A DNA stretch of 59,305 nucleotides, the filler included. It is 5 parts of 5 records of this genome, joined end to end, with 100 filler letters (N's around TTAATTAATTAA, not from the genome) between each part and the next. Parts side by side here need not be neighbours in the genome. Positions count along the whole stretch, not along the records: positions 1 to 13,401 come from DRR723986_2983; positions 13,502 to 33,496 come from DRR723986_3001; 3 more parts are not named here. One strand, written 5' to 3'. Position numbers and translations under genes: made by a program. The stretch's first letter is position 1. Every line of letters starts with the position of its first letter. The notes under the pieces are model-generated. The model saw only the letters and a program-made list of their open reading frames with translations. It ran no database searches and had not been told where the DNA came from. This document shows, piece by piece, positions 9,909 through 20,287 of the stretch.

Positions 9909-10004
9909 ACCACAGTTACTCGTATACACTGATCAGACAACAACGGCGGGCAACGCCGGCGCAATACACGAATTTGCCAACAACCGTGTCGAAGGAGAGT
10001 AAGT

Positions 10005-10658
10005 ATGAGTCTGCGTCTTGGAGATACTGCACCGGATTTTGAACAGGATTCCACCGAGGGCCGCATTCGCTTTCACGAGTGGCTCGGCAATGGCTGGGGC
10101 GTACTGTTTTCCCACCCGGCCGACTTTACCCCGGTGTGCACCACCGAGCTGGGCCTGACCGCGAAGCTCAAAGACGAATTTGCCAAGCGTAACGTCAAGG
10201 CCATCGCCTTGAGTGTCGACCCGGTGGATTCTCACCACGACTGGATCAAAGACATCAACGAGACCCAGGGCTGCACAGTCAACTTTCCAATCATTGCAGA
10301 CCACGACCGCCAGGTGTCCGAGAAGTACGACATGATCCACCCGAACGCCAACGACAGCCTGACCGTGCGTTCGTTGTTCATCATCGACCCGAACAAGAAG
10401 GTTCGACTGATCATCACCTACCCGGCATCCACCGGTCGGAACTTCAATGAAGTGCTGCGGGTGATCGATTCCCTGCAACTGACCGACGAGCACCGCGTGG
10501 CCACACCCGGCAACTGGGAGAGTGGCAGTGATGTGGTGATTGTGCCGTCACTGCAGGATGAAGATGAGATCAAAAAGCGCTTCCCGAAAGGCTACAAAGC
10601 CGTGAAGTCCTACCTGCGGATGACACCAGACCCACGTGCTAACTGGAGTGGTGACTGA
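10005..10658 (+). CDS. 1-Cys peroxiredoxin (Prx6/LsfA-like)
   Basis: FSHPADFTPVCTTELG active site; YPASTGRNF. Confidence 0.93.
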   Translation: MSLRLGDTAPDFEQDSTEGRIRFHEWLGNGWGVLFSHPADFTPVCTTELGLTAKLKDEFAKRNVKAIALSVDPVDSHHDWIKDINETQGCTVNFPIIADHDRQVSEKYDMIHPNANDSLTVRSLFIIDPNKKVRLIITYPASTGRNFNEVLRVIDSLQLTDEHRVATPGNWESGSDVVIVPSLQDEDEIKKRFPKGYKAVKSYLRMTPDPRANWSGD

Positions 10659-10673
10659 TCCACCGCCACAAAC

Positions 10674-10704
10674 AAAAAGGGCAGCCAAATGGCTGCCCTT
10701 TTTT
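10674..10704. terminator. Bidirectional intrinsic terminator between convergent prx and metQ
   Basis: AAAAAGGGCAGCCA-AA-TGGCTGCCCTTTTTT. Confidence 0.85.
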
Positions 10705-10738
10705 ATGCTTGAGAGCACCTGAAGGCACTCCGTTCCGA

Positions 10739-11521
10739 TCAGAACGCCGGAACAACCGCACCCTCATACTTCTCCTTGATAAAGTCTTTCACCGCATCGG
10801 ATTTCAAGGCATTGGCCAGCTTCTGCATGGCTTCGCTGTCCTTGTTGTCCGGACGGGCGACCAGGATGTTCACGTACGGAGACTCGGAGCCTTCGATCAC
10901 CAGAGCATCTTCAGACGGGTTCAGGCCCGCTTCCAGCGCGTAGTTAGTGTTGATCAGCGCCAGGTCCACCTGGTTCAGGATACGCGGCAGGGTCGCCGCT
11001 TCCAGTTCCTTGAAGTCCAGGTCTTTGGGGTTGTCGGCAATATCACGCGGGGTCGCAGTGATCTTGCTTTCGTCCTTCAGGGTAATCAGGCCCGCTTTCT
11101 GCAGCAACAGCAGAGCACGGCCACCGTTGGTGGGGTCGTTGGGGATGGCCACAACCGCACCTTCTTTCAGCTCGTCCAGAGACTCGATCTTGCTGGAGTA
11201 GGCGCCGAACGGCTCCACGTGAACGCCGGTCACAGTCACCAGGTTGGTGCCACGGCCATCGTTGAACTCATCCAGGTACGGCTGGTGCTGGAAGAAGTTG
11301 GCATCCATACGCTTCTGATCAACCTGGATGTTGGGCTGCACGTAGTCGGTGAACACCTTCACATCCAGCTCTACACCCTGTTCCGCCAGGGCCGGCTTCA
11401 CGAATTCCAGCAGCTCGGCGTGGGGTACCGGAGTCGCGGCTACGGACAGTTGTTCTGCCGAAGCAGCGGTCGAGAAGGTTGCAACAGCGGCCAGAGCCAC
11501 CAGAGTTTTCTTCAGGTTCAT
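10739..11521 (-). CDS. metQ: Methionine ABC transporter substrate-binding protein (MetQ/NlpA)
   Basis: FTDYVQPN, DANFFQHQPYL and PNDPTNGGRALLLL motifs; signal peptide. Confidence 0.92.
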   Translation of the reverse strand: MNLKKTLVALAAVATFSTAASAEQLSVAATPVPHAELLEFVKPALAEQGVELDVKVFTDYVQPNIQVDQKRMDANFFQHQPYLDEFNDGRGTNLVTVTGVHVEPFGAYSSKIESLDELKEGAVVAIPNDPTNGGRALLLLQKAGLITLKDESKITATPRDIADNPKDLDFKELEAATLPRILNQVDLALINTNYALEAGLNPSEDALVIEGSESPYVNILVARPDNKDSEAMQKLANALKSDAVKDFIKEKYEGAVVPAF

Positions 11522-11540
11522 AACAAATCTCCTGCGTTAA

Positions 11541-12218
11541 TTATTTACGGCTGAAATACAGAACCAGGCGATCGCCCGCCATCTGCAACACCTGCACAAA
11601 GATCACCAGCAGGGCCACAGTAATCACCATCACGTCGGTCTGGAACCGCTGGTAACCGAACCGGATCGCCAGGTCGCCAAGGCCGCCGCCACCAATAACG
11701 CCAGACATGGCTGCGTAAGACACCAGAGTAATGGCCGTTACCGTAATGCCCGCGATAATGCCGGGAAGTGCCTCCGGCAGCAAGGCACCAAAGATGATCT
11801 GTCGAACATTCGCACCCATGGCCTGGGTTGCTTCAATAATGCCCCGGTCCACCTCCCGCAAGGAGGTTTCCACCAGGCGGGCAAAGAACGGAGCACCACC
11901 GGCCACCAACGGGGGAATCGCGCCGGCCACTCCCAGGGAGGTGCCGATCAGCATTACCGTGAACGGGATCATCACAATCAGCAGGATGATGAAGGGCACA
12001 GAGCGCAGCACATTCACAATAAACGACAGGATGGCGTAGGCCACCGGCTGTTCCAGTAACTGTCGCTTGCCGGTCAGGAACAACAGCACTCCTATGGGCA
12101 AGCCAATCAATACGCTGAACAACAGCGACATGCCCACCATCACCAGGGTATCCCAGCTGGCCCAGCCAATTTCGGCCCAGTCCACGTTCCCCATAAGGCT
12201 TTCCATCAAGGCTTCCAT
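11541..12218 (-). CDS. metI: Methionine ABC transporter permease
   Basis: RSVPFIIL and GGGGLGDLAIRFGYQRF motifs. Confidence 0.93.
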   Translation of the reverse strand: MEALMESLMGNVDWAEIGWASWDTLVMVGMSLLFSVLIGLPIGVLLFLTGKRQLLEQPVAYAILSFIVNVLRSVPFIILLIVMIPFTVMLIGTSLGVAGAIPPLVAGGAPFFARLVETSLREVDRGIIEATQAMGANVRQIIFGALLPEALPGIIAGITVTAITLVSYAAMSGVIGGGGLGDLAIRFGYQRFQTDVMVITVALLVIFVQVLQMAGDRLVLYFSRK

Positions 12219-13225
12219 CAGCGCACCACCTCCACATGAACTTCAGCGGCTTCCAGCGCTTTCATGGCAACCTCCAGATCGCCGCCCACCAACGACAGGG
12301 TCAACTGGCCGTAGGGCGTGTCCTTGATGTGATCAATCCTGCCCGAGAGAATACTGAAATCCACACCGGATTCCCGGGCAACACTGCCCAGCAACGGTTT
12401 GTAAGTGGATTCCCCCTTGAATGTCAGGCGCAGAATACGACCCTCGGCTTTCTGCAGATCTTCCTGCAGCTCATCGCGATCCACATTTTCGCTTTCGAAC
12501 ACAAAATCCCGGGTGGTCGGGTGCTGGGGGTGCAGAAAGACTTCACTGACCGGCCCCATTTCCACCACACGGCCGGCATCCATCACCGCCACCCGGTCAC
12601 AGACACGGCGCACCACATCCATCTCGTGGGTAATCAGCACAATAGTCAGGCCCAGTTCCTTGTTGATGTCCGCCAGCAGCTTTAGTACCGACTGGGTGGT
12701 TTGTGGGTCCAGGGCGCTGGTGGCTTCATCGCACAGCAAAATAGTCGGTCTGCAGGCCAGAGCGCGGGCAATGCCTACCCGCTGTTTCTGCCCGCCAGAC
12801 AACTGGGACGGATATTTGTTGGCATGATCGCTCAGGCTCACCCGTGCCAGCAGCTCATCCACCCGACTGCGAATTTCAGCCTTGGAATAAATGCCCGCCA
12901 GCTTCATCGGGAAGGCAATATTGTCAGCCACCGTCTTGGACGACAGCAGATTGAAATGCTGGAAAATCATGCCCACTTTGCGTCGGAAGGCCCGCAACTC
13001 TGCGGCGCTGTAGCGGGTGATGTCCTCGTCGTCGATCAGGATGCGACCGCCGGTGGAGGGTTCCAGTTTGTTGATCAGTCGGACAAGGGTCGATTTGCCC
13101 GCGCCGGAGTGGCCGACGATGCCGAACACCTCACCGGTCTCGATGGTCATACTGGTGGGATGCAGCGCGGGGATCGCCCGGCCAGCCACCTGGTACGACT
13201 TTTCTACCTGGTCAAATACAATCAC
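12218..13225 (-). CDS. metN: Methionine ABC transporter ATP-binding protein
   Basis: [35 protein letters not shown]-terminal NIL-like domain. Confidence 0.93.
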   Translation of the reverse strand: MIVFDQVEKSYQVAGRAIPALHPTSMTIETGEVFGIVGHSGAGKSTLVRLINKLEPSTGGRILIDDEDITRYSAAELRAFRRKVGMIFQHFNLLSSKTVADNIAFPMKLAGIYSKAEIRSRVDELLARVSLSDHANKYPSQLSGGQKQRVGIARALACRPTILLCDEATSALDPQTTQSVLKLLADINKELGLTIVLITHEMDVVRRVCDRVAVMDAGRVVEMGPVSEVFLHPQHPTTRDFVFESENVDRDELQEDLQKAEGRILRLTFKGESTYKPLLGSVARESGVDFSILSGRIDHIKDTPYGQLTLSLVGGDLEVAMKALEAAEVHVEVVR

Positions 13226-13401
13226 GATCAGTGCCTTGCAGATGCGTCGTTAAAACCGACGATTATAGCCTATTCAGGGGGCAAACCCGAATCCCGCCCG
13301 GTGGCCGGCAGGTGGGTACTTGCCCTTACACCAAAAGGTACCTGACAGACCCGTCCCGGCTCAGCTAAACTCGTATCCACAAAGAACATTAACAACTGTC
13401 C

Positions 13402-13501
13402 NNNNNNNNNNNNNNNNNNNNNNNNNNNNNNNNNNNNNNNNNNNNTTAATTAATTAANNNNNNNNNNNNNNNNNNNNNNNNNNNNNNNNNNNNNNNNNNN
13501 N
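13402..13501. other. Artificial contig spacer (N run with TTAATTAATTAA)
   Basis: 100-nt N block containing an all-frame stop linker. Confidence 0.98.
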
Positions 13502-13572
13502 GTGACCGCCCCCCGACGGCATCAGTGTGCCAAGGTGGGTCTGCGATGATCCACAAAGGAGGGCGGTCACAT
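13502..13572 (+). mobile_element. IS110/IS1111-like left-end remnant without transposase
   Basis: GTGACCGCCC...GGGCGGTCAC perfect 10-bp inverted repeat enclosing CGACGGCATCAGTGTGCCA and a GGAGG; resembles alphaproteobacterial IS110-family left ends as I recall them; no transposase ORF follows. Confidence 0.45.
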
Positions 13573-13613
13573 CATCAAAGCCCTCGATATTGAAGTGACT
13601 TGACCAAGATTTT

Positions 13614-14583
13614 GGTCGTGTCTCGGAGTTGGTGGGAATTTGAAGGCGGCGTAATCTCCGGGTGAACTGCCACCCACCCAACCGGAGGCTGCAACCGCTA
13701 GGGAGATCACGCCATGAACCAGATTACCGAAACTGTGAGCCTTGCGCTACTGGCCGGGGAGGCCGGGTTCGACCCGATCGAGGAGCGGCTGCGGGCCAAC
13801 GTCCGCGCGACCATCGAAGCCGTGTTTGAAGAGGAGCTGGCCGACTTTCTTGGCCGCCTTCGCTACGATCGGGGCGACGGCCCGGCGAAGGGCTATCGCC
13901 ACGGGCACCGCGAACGGCAGCTCACCGGCACCTGCGGGACGGAAACGGTGCGGATGCCGCGGGCGCGGATCGAGGACGACGCAGGCAAGGTGACGGAATG
14001 GCGGTCGAAGGCGCGGCCCCGTTACCAACGACTGACCAAGAAGGCCGAGGCCCTGATCGCGGCGGTCTACCTCTCCGGAACCAACACGCGCAGGGTCAAG
14101 CGGGCGCTGTTCGGGCTGTTCGAGGGCGCCGTCAGCAAGGACATCGTCAGCCGCGCCTGGCGCAAGGTCAAGGTGGACTGGGACGCTTGGTGCGCCCGAT
14201 GTCTCGCCGAAGAGGACATCGTCCGTCTGATCCTGGACGGCACCGTGATCAAGACCCGGCTGGACCGGAAAGCCACGAACATCTCGGTGCTGGCCGCCAT
14301 CGGCGTCCGGCAGGATAGGCAGAAAGTACTGTTATCCATCAGAAATATGGGTGGGGAGAGCACTGCTTCATGGCGCCAGTTCCTCGATGACCTCGATGCC
14401 CGAGGCCTGAAACGGCCCGAATTCGTGATTGCAGACGGTGCCCCGGGTCTGGAGGCCGCGCTTGTGGCGCTGTGTGGTGAGGACCTTCCGATCCAGCGCT
14501 GCACGGTTCACAAGCACCGCAACCTGCTGGCGCACGCTCCGAAGCACATGCACGACGAGCTGACCGAGGACTTCAGTTTGTAG
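13614..14583 (+). mobile_element. Truncated IS256-family element (left end plus 5' part of transposase, CDS 13714-14583)
   Basis: GYRHGHRERQL, LILDGT, IADGAPGL and QRCTVHK.RN IS256 motifs; only 289 aa, ends abruptly at TEDFSL; candidate IRL GGTCGTGTCTCGGAGTTGGTGGG; no matching IRR seen. Confidence 0.85.
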
Positions 14584-14671
14584 AAGGTTGCGCATTTGGC
14601 GGGAGTTGGGCAGTGATTTCGCGTGATCTCGGACCGGTGTTCGTCAAGGTAGTTGTCGCCTGCAAGCATAG

Positions 14672-16747
14672 TCACATATCCAACTCATCGTCCTTCAGGT
14701 CAGTGAAGACTGCCATCGTATCCCCGAGGATCTCTACGCCCTCATCCCGGATAAATTTCGGCATGCCAGGCAGCTTCAGCCATTTCACGAAGCGCGCGAG
14801 CAAGGGTTCAAGGCGGCTCAACATCCAATGTGCCCGCGTGGCCTGAGCCTCGGTGGCATTCTGGTCCCGTTCGAGCTGAGCCTGCTCCATCGCGAGCCGA
14901 TCCTGACCCTGACGCAGCGCAGCCTGATCCGCTTCCAGCGCCTTCCGTTCCCACATGGTCGCGTCACTAACAACACGCGAGTCGCGATGGACGCTCTTCG
15001 CTTTTTCAACGACCGTCACGCCGAGCTCGATCGCGGGCAAAATCTCGGGGCAGGCCGCCTCAAGACGGTCAGGCGCGCTCGCCCGAATACGGCCCTCTGC
15101 ATCCCGAGAGATCGTGCCATTGGCGATCTCCTTGACCAGTGCGCCTAACCCGTTGCTCACAACATCAATCCGGTTCCGCGTTTCCGACGCCCGGGCTTCT
15201 TCTCTGCGAGCCTGTTCAGCGGCAGCCTTTTCAGCGTCCTCAGCCCGGAACCGCTCCGCCTCTGCGGCATTGCGGGCGCGGACCTGCTCCTCAGCCTCCG
15301 TCTTCAGGCGCGCGACTTCGGCCTTCCGGTCCGCCGCCACATGGGCCATCGCGACCGCGTCCAAAGTCAGGTCCTCGATCTCCCGGGCAAGCCCGGTCGC
15401 CCGAGCCTCCTCAATCTGGGCCTGTTCGGCGACCGCCGTGGCAGCATCCTCGGCCCTGATCCGGTCTTCCTCGGCGACCTCGGCCAAAGCCTCGACATCG
15501 GCCCGCGCGCGTTCGGCAATGGCAACCGCCTGGTCCGCTTCAGCGCGTCGGGCCCGGGCGTCCGCGATCGCGCGCTTGCGCAATTTCCGCAACGTCACGG
15601 TAGCGAGCGCAGTCGCATCGGCAATGATCACGCCGGCCCGGTCCCCCGCGGCCTTCGCGATCCGCGCGGCCTCCTCTCTCGCCGCTTCAACCTTCCGCTC
15701 AGCCTCGTTCCGAGCTTCCTCGGCCTCCAGTTTCGCCCGCCGCGCAACCTCGGCCTGCGCATCCGCGCGGGCCCGGTCGCGTTGAGCGGCAGCGACCTGC
15801 CGGTCGGTCTCGGTCTTCCGAGCCTTCGCCTCTGCGATCGCGCGCTTACGCGACCTCTTCACCACGGATTTCGCCAGGGTCACTCCATCCGCGACCGTCG
15901 CCTCGGCCTCGGCGCGGCTCGCCTCTTGGATCCGGTCCCGGTCCGCCAGCGCAAGGCGCCGCTGTTCCCGGCGCCAGTCAGACGGTGGAACGTGACAAGG
16001 CGGTTCCGGCATTTCCACCCCTGCCGCGCGGGCCTGCCGCGCGGCCGCAGCCCGCCGTTCACCACGGTGAATTCCGAGGTCCAGAAACGCCTCGCCTGCC
16101 AAATCCTGAGCGTATTCATAATTCGCCAGGAGGGGATTTGCCGAGGGCTGGAGCAACCACTGTGTTCCCCGGTTCTGGCTAACCTTTTCGACCCAGACGG
16201 CGACCGCGAAATGAATGTGCAGCGCCTCCTCGTCCTGATCGATATTCACCTCCCTGAGCTGCCCGTCCGGGAAATGCTCAAGAAGAAACTCCGTCGCACG
16301 CTGCTTGAACGCCTCGACCCGTTCGGGATCCCAGTTTTCATGTCCGGTCCCGCCGAACCACATCTTGTTCACCGTGATGATCCCCTCGCGAAGTGGGCCT
16401 CCGCGCGTCGACTTCCACGGATCGACAGGACCGCGCTCACGCAGCCGTTCGGCTTCGAGGAACCGCCCCTTGCGTTCCCGCGCGGCGATCTCTTCCTCGA
16501 AATTGTGCTCCATCGCGGCCGCGATTTCCCCGTGCAGCCGCTCGATCCAGTCCGGTCCCCCGACCGGCTGGGTGTTGAGATGTGACAGGTCCATCCGAAT
16601 ATGCGAGAGATCTCCCCCTGTCCGTTTGTCATGCATCTCGCGGCGCTTCAGGTCCCGCGGGAACATGGAGGCGAACCGCAACACGATCGGCGCAGTCTCT
16701 AGGCGGGCGACAGGTTTGGGGTTGTCAAAACGGGGATGGACGGACAT
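14672..16747 (-). CDS. MOBV/Pre-family relaxase with long coiled-coil tail
   Basis: Motif I-like HDKR, D..LSHLN, REGIITV, motif III-like DQDEEALHIH, LGIHRG; C-terminal Ala/Arg/Glu-rich helical region. Confidence 0.75.
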   Translation of the reverse strand: MSVHPRFDNPKPVARLETAPIVLRFASMFPRDLKRREMHDKRTGGDLSHIRMDLSHLNTQPVGGPDWIERLHGEIAAAMEHNFEEEIAARERKGRFLEAERLRERGPVDPWKSTRGGPLREGIITVNKMWFGGTGHENWDPERVEAFKQRATEFLLEHFPDGQLREVNIDQDEEALHIHFAVAVWVEKVSQNRGTQWLLQPSANPLLANYEYAQDLAGEAFLDLGIHRGERRAAAARQARAAGVEMPEPPCHVPPSDWRREQRRLALADRDRIQEASRAEAEATVADGVTLAKSVVKRSRKRAIAEAKARKTETDRQVAAAQRDRARADAQAEVARRAKLEAEEARNEAERKVEAAREEAARIAKAAGDRAGVIIADATALATVTLRKLRKRAIADARARRAEADQAVAIAERARADVEALAEVAEEDRIRAEDAATAVAEQAQIEEARATGLAREIEDLTLDAVAMAHVAADRKAEVARLKTEAEEQVRARNAAEAERFRAEDAEKAAAEQARREEARASETRNRIDVVSNGLGALVKEIANGTISRDAEGRIRASAPDRLEAACPEILPAIELGVTVVEKAKSVHRDSRVVSDATMWERKALEADQAALRQGQDRLAMEQAQLERDQNATEAQATRAHWMLSRLEPLLARFVKWLKLPGMPKFIRDEGVEILGDTMAVFTDLKDDELDM

Positions 16748-16829
16748 GATCAGCCTCCGGTCAGATTTCGCTGGTCCAAGCGTCCGCGAAGTGCGTGAAA
16801 AAACGCAGCTAAAAATCTGTGGGAATGTC

Positions 16830-16914
16830 CGGTCCTTTACTCACTAACGTTTTTGCGCTGTCTGGGAGCCCCCGACACCACTAAAACTTCGTTCGCGAGG
16901 GGGATACCCCCTCG
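16830..16914 (-). promoter_or_regulatory. Candidate MOBV oriT / mob promoter region
   Basis: TAGTGAGTA on the minus strand (16838-16846), about 90 nt upstream of the relaxase start, resembling the pBBR1-type nic core as I recall it; CGAGGGGG-ATA-CCCCCTCG hairpin at 16896-16914. Confidence 0.5.
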
Positions 16915-17416
16915 ACCCCTTCTCGCGATCCGACCGGCACAAAAGCCGATCAATCGCTGCGACCAGCAGCCTGCTGGACCCTCTCACCCTGTCGTTGATT
17001 TGTTTTTCCTGTTCTTTTTTCGCGGGTCCGGGCGGCTTTTTGCTTGCCGCAACGCGCGTCGGCTGATCCTCCGGATCAACAGCCGCGCCGGTCTGCCTGT
17101 CCGGGCGCGGAGGCTAGCAGACCCGGCCATCCTTCGCACCTGCCCATCGCCAGCCCGCCGTCCCGCAGCCGCACGCCGCCCCCTTCCCCATTATGGCGCA
17201 CCGACACTCCCACGGGTTGTTCCTTCTGCCCAGTCGAACCTCATCCTCATCGTGGTGATCAAGTTTGCCCCGGTCCCGCTTGCATCCGGTCCGGGGAGAC
17301 GTTCTGCCCGGACCGGATAGGGGCGGTTTGCCATGCAGGACCCGGCAATTGTCACCCGGCCCTCCTGGACATGTTCCCGGAAACGCTTAGCCTGGCGGGA
17401 CTTTCCCGGAGGCCCC

Positions 17417-20036
17417 GTGTCCGACCCGCACCCTGACTGCCCGATCTGTCGCGCGCCCGGTCCGCTGGCCGCGCCGCGGCATGTGGCGGCCTAGGCTGAT
17501 CTGACGGCAGCCGAGCAGTTCACGCTGCTGGCCCGGCTAGGCGAGGCGTTGTCCGCCAGGGCGACGGTTTTTGTGGTGACCACGGACCACGGGCATTTCC
17601 GCCTCCGCCAGGCGCTGCGCATGCCCTCCGCCTGACCACCGCGGCAGCCTATCCGCTCTTACCGCTGATTGTGCAAGGCATCGATGGCGCCAACAGCGTC
17701 GATCTGGCGGTGGCCTTCGCGATGGACTCGGGCGTGCAGCTGATCGCGCCCTGGTTTTGGGACCTGCTGGAGCGGGGCGGGCGGCTCCGGGTCGTGATCG
17801 GCGATTACATGGACGTGACAGAACCCGCCGCGCTCCATCGGCTGGCGGACCTGGGCGGCGCGCAGGTCCGCGTCTTCGAAACCGGTTCGGGGAGTTTCCA
17901 CCCCAAGGCCTGGCTGTTCCGGGCCGCCGACCGGCAGGGCGCGGCGATTGTCGGCAGCTCGAACCTGTCCCGAACCGCGCTGACTACTGGCGTCGAATGG
18001 AACCTCCATGCCGAGGGCGCCGCCGATTTGGTGGCGCGCGCGGTCGACAACCTCTGGACACACCCCCGGACCCGCCCGCTGACCCCGGTCTGGATCGACA
18101 CCTATGCCGCCCGGCGACAGGGCGCGCCCCTGACCGATCTGGCGCAGAAGATCGTCGCGGACGAGCCCCCTGCCCCGCCGCCCGAACCTCACGCGATCCA
18201 GCGTGCCGCGCTGGCGACGCTGACCGCGACGCGGGCCGCCGGACACCGGGCCGGGCTGGTCGTGCTGGCGACAGGCCTTGGCAAGACCTGGCTCGCCGCC
18301 TTCGACAGCCGCGCCTTCGCCCGGGTCCTGTTCGTGGCGCACCGGGACGAGATCCTGTCCCAGGCGATGGCCTCCTTCCGCCGGATCCGGCCCGAGGCCC
18401 GGTTCGGCCGGTTTGACGACGCGGAGAAGGACGAAGGCGCGGACATCCTCTTCGCATCGATCCAGACCATCGGCCGGGTCGGCCACCTGCGCCGCTTCGC
18501 CCCGGACGCTTTCGACTATATCGTCGTCGATGAATTCCACCATGTCAGCGCCGCCAGCTATCGCGGGCTGCTTGACCACTTCACCCCGCGCTTCCTGCTG
18601 GGGCTGACAGCGACGCCGGACCGGTCGGACGGGGCCTACCTACTGGCCTTGTGTGGCGACAATCTGGTCTATCACTGTGACCTGTTCGACGGGATCGAGG
18701 CCGGGCTGCTTTCCCCCTTCCGCTACATGGGCGTGCCGGATGAGGTGGATTACGCGCAGATCCCCTGGCGCTCCACCCAGTTCGATTACGAGGCGCTGGA
18801 GGCGGCGCTCGCGATCGAGGCCCGCGCGCAGAACGCGCTGGACCAGTTCCACCGCCACCGCGACGGCCCGGCGATCGGCTTTTGCTGTTCGGTCCGGCAT
18901 GCCGGGTTCATGGCCGCCTTCTTCCGTGACCGGGGCTTGCGCGCCATGGCGGTGCATTCCGGCCCAGGCTCGGCACCGCGGGCGACCTCGCTGGACCAGC
19001 TGGGCCGGGGCGAGATTGACATCCTCTTCGCCGTGGACATGTTCAACGAAGGCATGGACGTGCCCACCATCGGCACGGTGATGATGCTGCGCCCGACGGA
19101 AAGCATGATCCTGTTGCTGCAACAGCTGGGCCGCGGCCTGCGCCGGGTTGAGGGGAAGGTGCTGCGCGTCATAGACTACATCGGGAACCACCGGGTGTTA
19201 CTGACAAAACTGCGCGCGCTGCTGGACGCGGGACCGGGTGACCGGTCACTGGCACTGCGGCTGGAACAGGCGGTCGCCGGACAGATGGCCCTGCCGCCGG
19301 GCTGTTCGGTGACCTACGACCTGCGGGTGGTCGAGATCCTGCGCGACCTTCTTCGCCCAAAGTCGGGGATGGAAGATCTTGAGGCGCAGTACCGCGATTT
19401 CCGGCAGCGCCACGGGCGCCGTCCCCGCGCGGCCGAGGTGGCGGCCATGGGGTTTGACCCCGCGCGCAACGGGCATGGGGGCTGGTTCGACTTCGTCCGC
19501 GACATGGGCGATCCGGTGGACGCGCGGGCGTTGGCAACAGCGGGCGAGCTGTTGCGGCGCGTGGAGCGGGACCGGTCCTTCACCCCGCCCGCGCTGGAAG
19601 CCCTGCGCCATCTGCGTGACGGCACCCCGACGCCCGAGGACGCGCGCACCTTCTGGGCCTTCGAACCGCTCCTCTCAGTTGAGGGCGACCGCCTCCGCCT
19701 GACCCGGCCCGATCCGGACAGAAAGGCCGCTGCGATGCTGGCGGAACTGGCCGACTGGCGGCTCGCGACACAGCCCGGACAACAGGCGGCCGAGGCCCCT
19801 GTGCCCTTCACTACTTCCGGACCCGACCTGTGGGGCGAATACCTGCGCGAAGACATCCCGCCCCCTCTTCGGCGCGCGGTTCAGCCTCGGAAACTGGAAC
19901 GCCGGGATCGTTCGGCTGGACAACACCCTGATCCTGCTGACTACCCTGAAGAAGGGCGGGCTCACCGCGGACAGTCATTTCGAGGACCACTTCCTCGGCC
20001 CCGACCGTATGCAGTGGCAAAGCCAGACCCAGAACC
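17417..20036 (+). pseudogene. Decayed HIT + PLD nuclease + SF2 helicase + DUF3427 fusion (SauUSI-like type IV restriction enzyme); intact core is ORF 17671-20118
   Basis: GTG 17417 after GGAGG gives CPIC...PRHVAA*ADLTAAEQ...HGHF (HIT-like, TAG at 17492). Core has FHPKAW..GSSNLS (PLD), LATGLGKT, DEFHH, LGLTATP and QQLGRGLR. A +1 frameshift in the C-run at 19861-19865 hides FEDHFLGPDRMQWQSQ (DUF3427-like). Truncated near 20036. Confidence 0.75.
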
Positions 20037-20039
20037 TCG

Positions 20040-20167
20040 CTTGCGGAACTCATCAGGGCCAGTGGTGGATATATCGCCACACAAACAGGCCGGACAGACG
20101 ACTGTACTGACAGACTAACGCAAAATCACCGAAAAACCTCTTGCAATGCAGGAGCCATCCACAGACG
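20040..20167 (+). mobile_element. IS1111-type (IS110 family) right non-coding end remnant
   Basis: GCGGAACTCATCAGGGCCAG...ACAGGCCGGACAGACGACTG...CTTGCAATGCAGGAGCCATCCACA resembles IS1111-type downstream non-coding regions and sub-terminal IR as I recall them; sits exactly where the helicase gene breaks off. Confidence 0.5.
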
Positions 20168-20191
20168 CCGTTGGCCGAGACGCTTGGTGCT

Positions 20192-20262
20192 GCGATGCAG
20201 CTTCCCCAGAGCGGACGTTCATCGATCATGCAGCATTTGAGTTAGTCCGATGGCTGCATCGC
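20192..20262. repeat. Palindromic element bounded by a 10-bp inverted repeat
   Basis: GCGATGCAGC (20192-20201) and GCTGCATCGC (20253-20262). Confidence 0.55.
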
Positions 20263-20287
20263 GGTCTACGCCTTTCGGGAATGGCCG

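Noticed and set aside
13226-13401. SAM/SAH riboswitch upstream of metN
   Set aside because: A TATAAT on the minus strand implies a short leader with one small hairpin; I could not match conserved SAM or SAH riboswitch cores.
16853-17436. ORFs 16853-17320 and 17044-17436
   Set aside because: Pro/Arg-rich translations without motifs across the oriT and intergenic region; likely non-coding.
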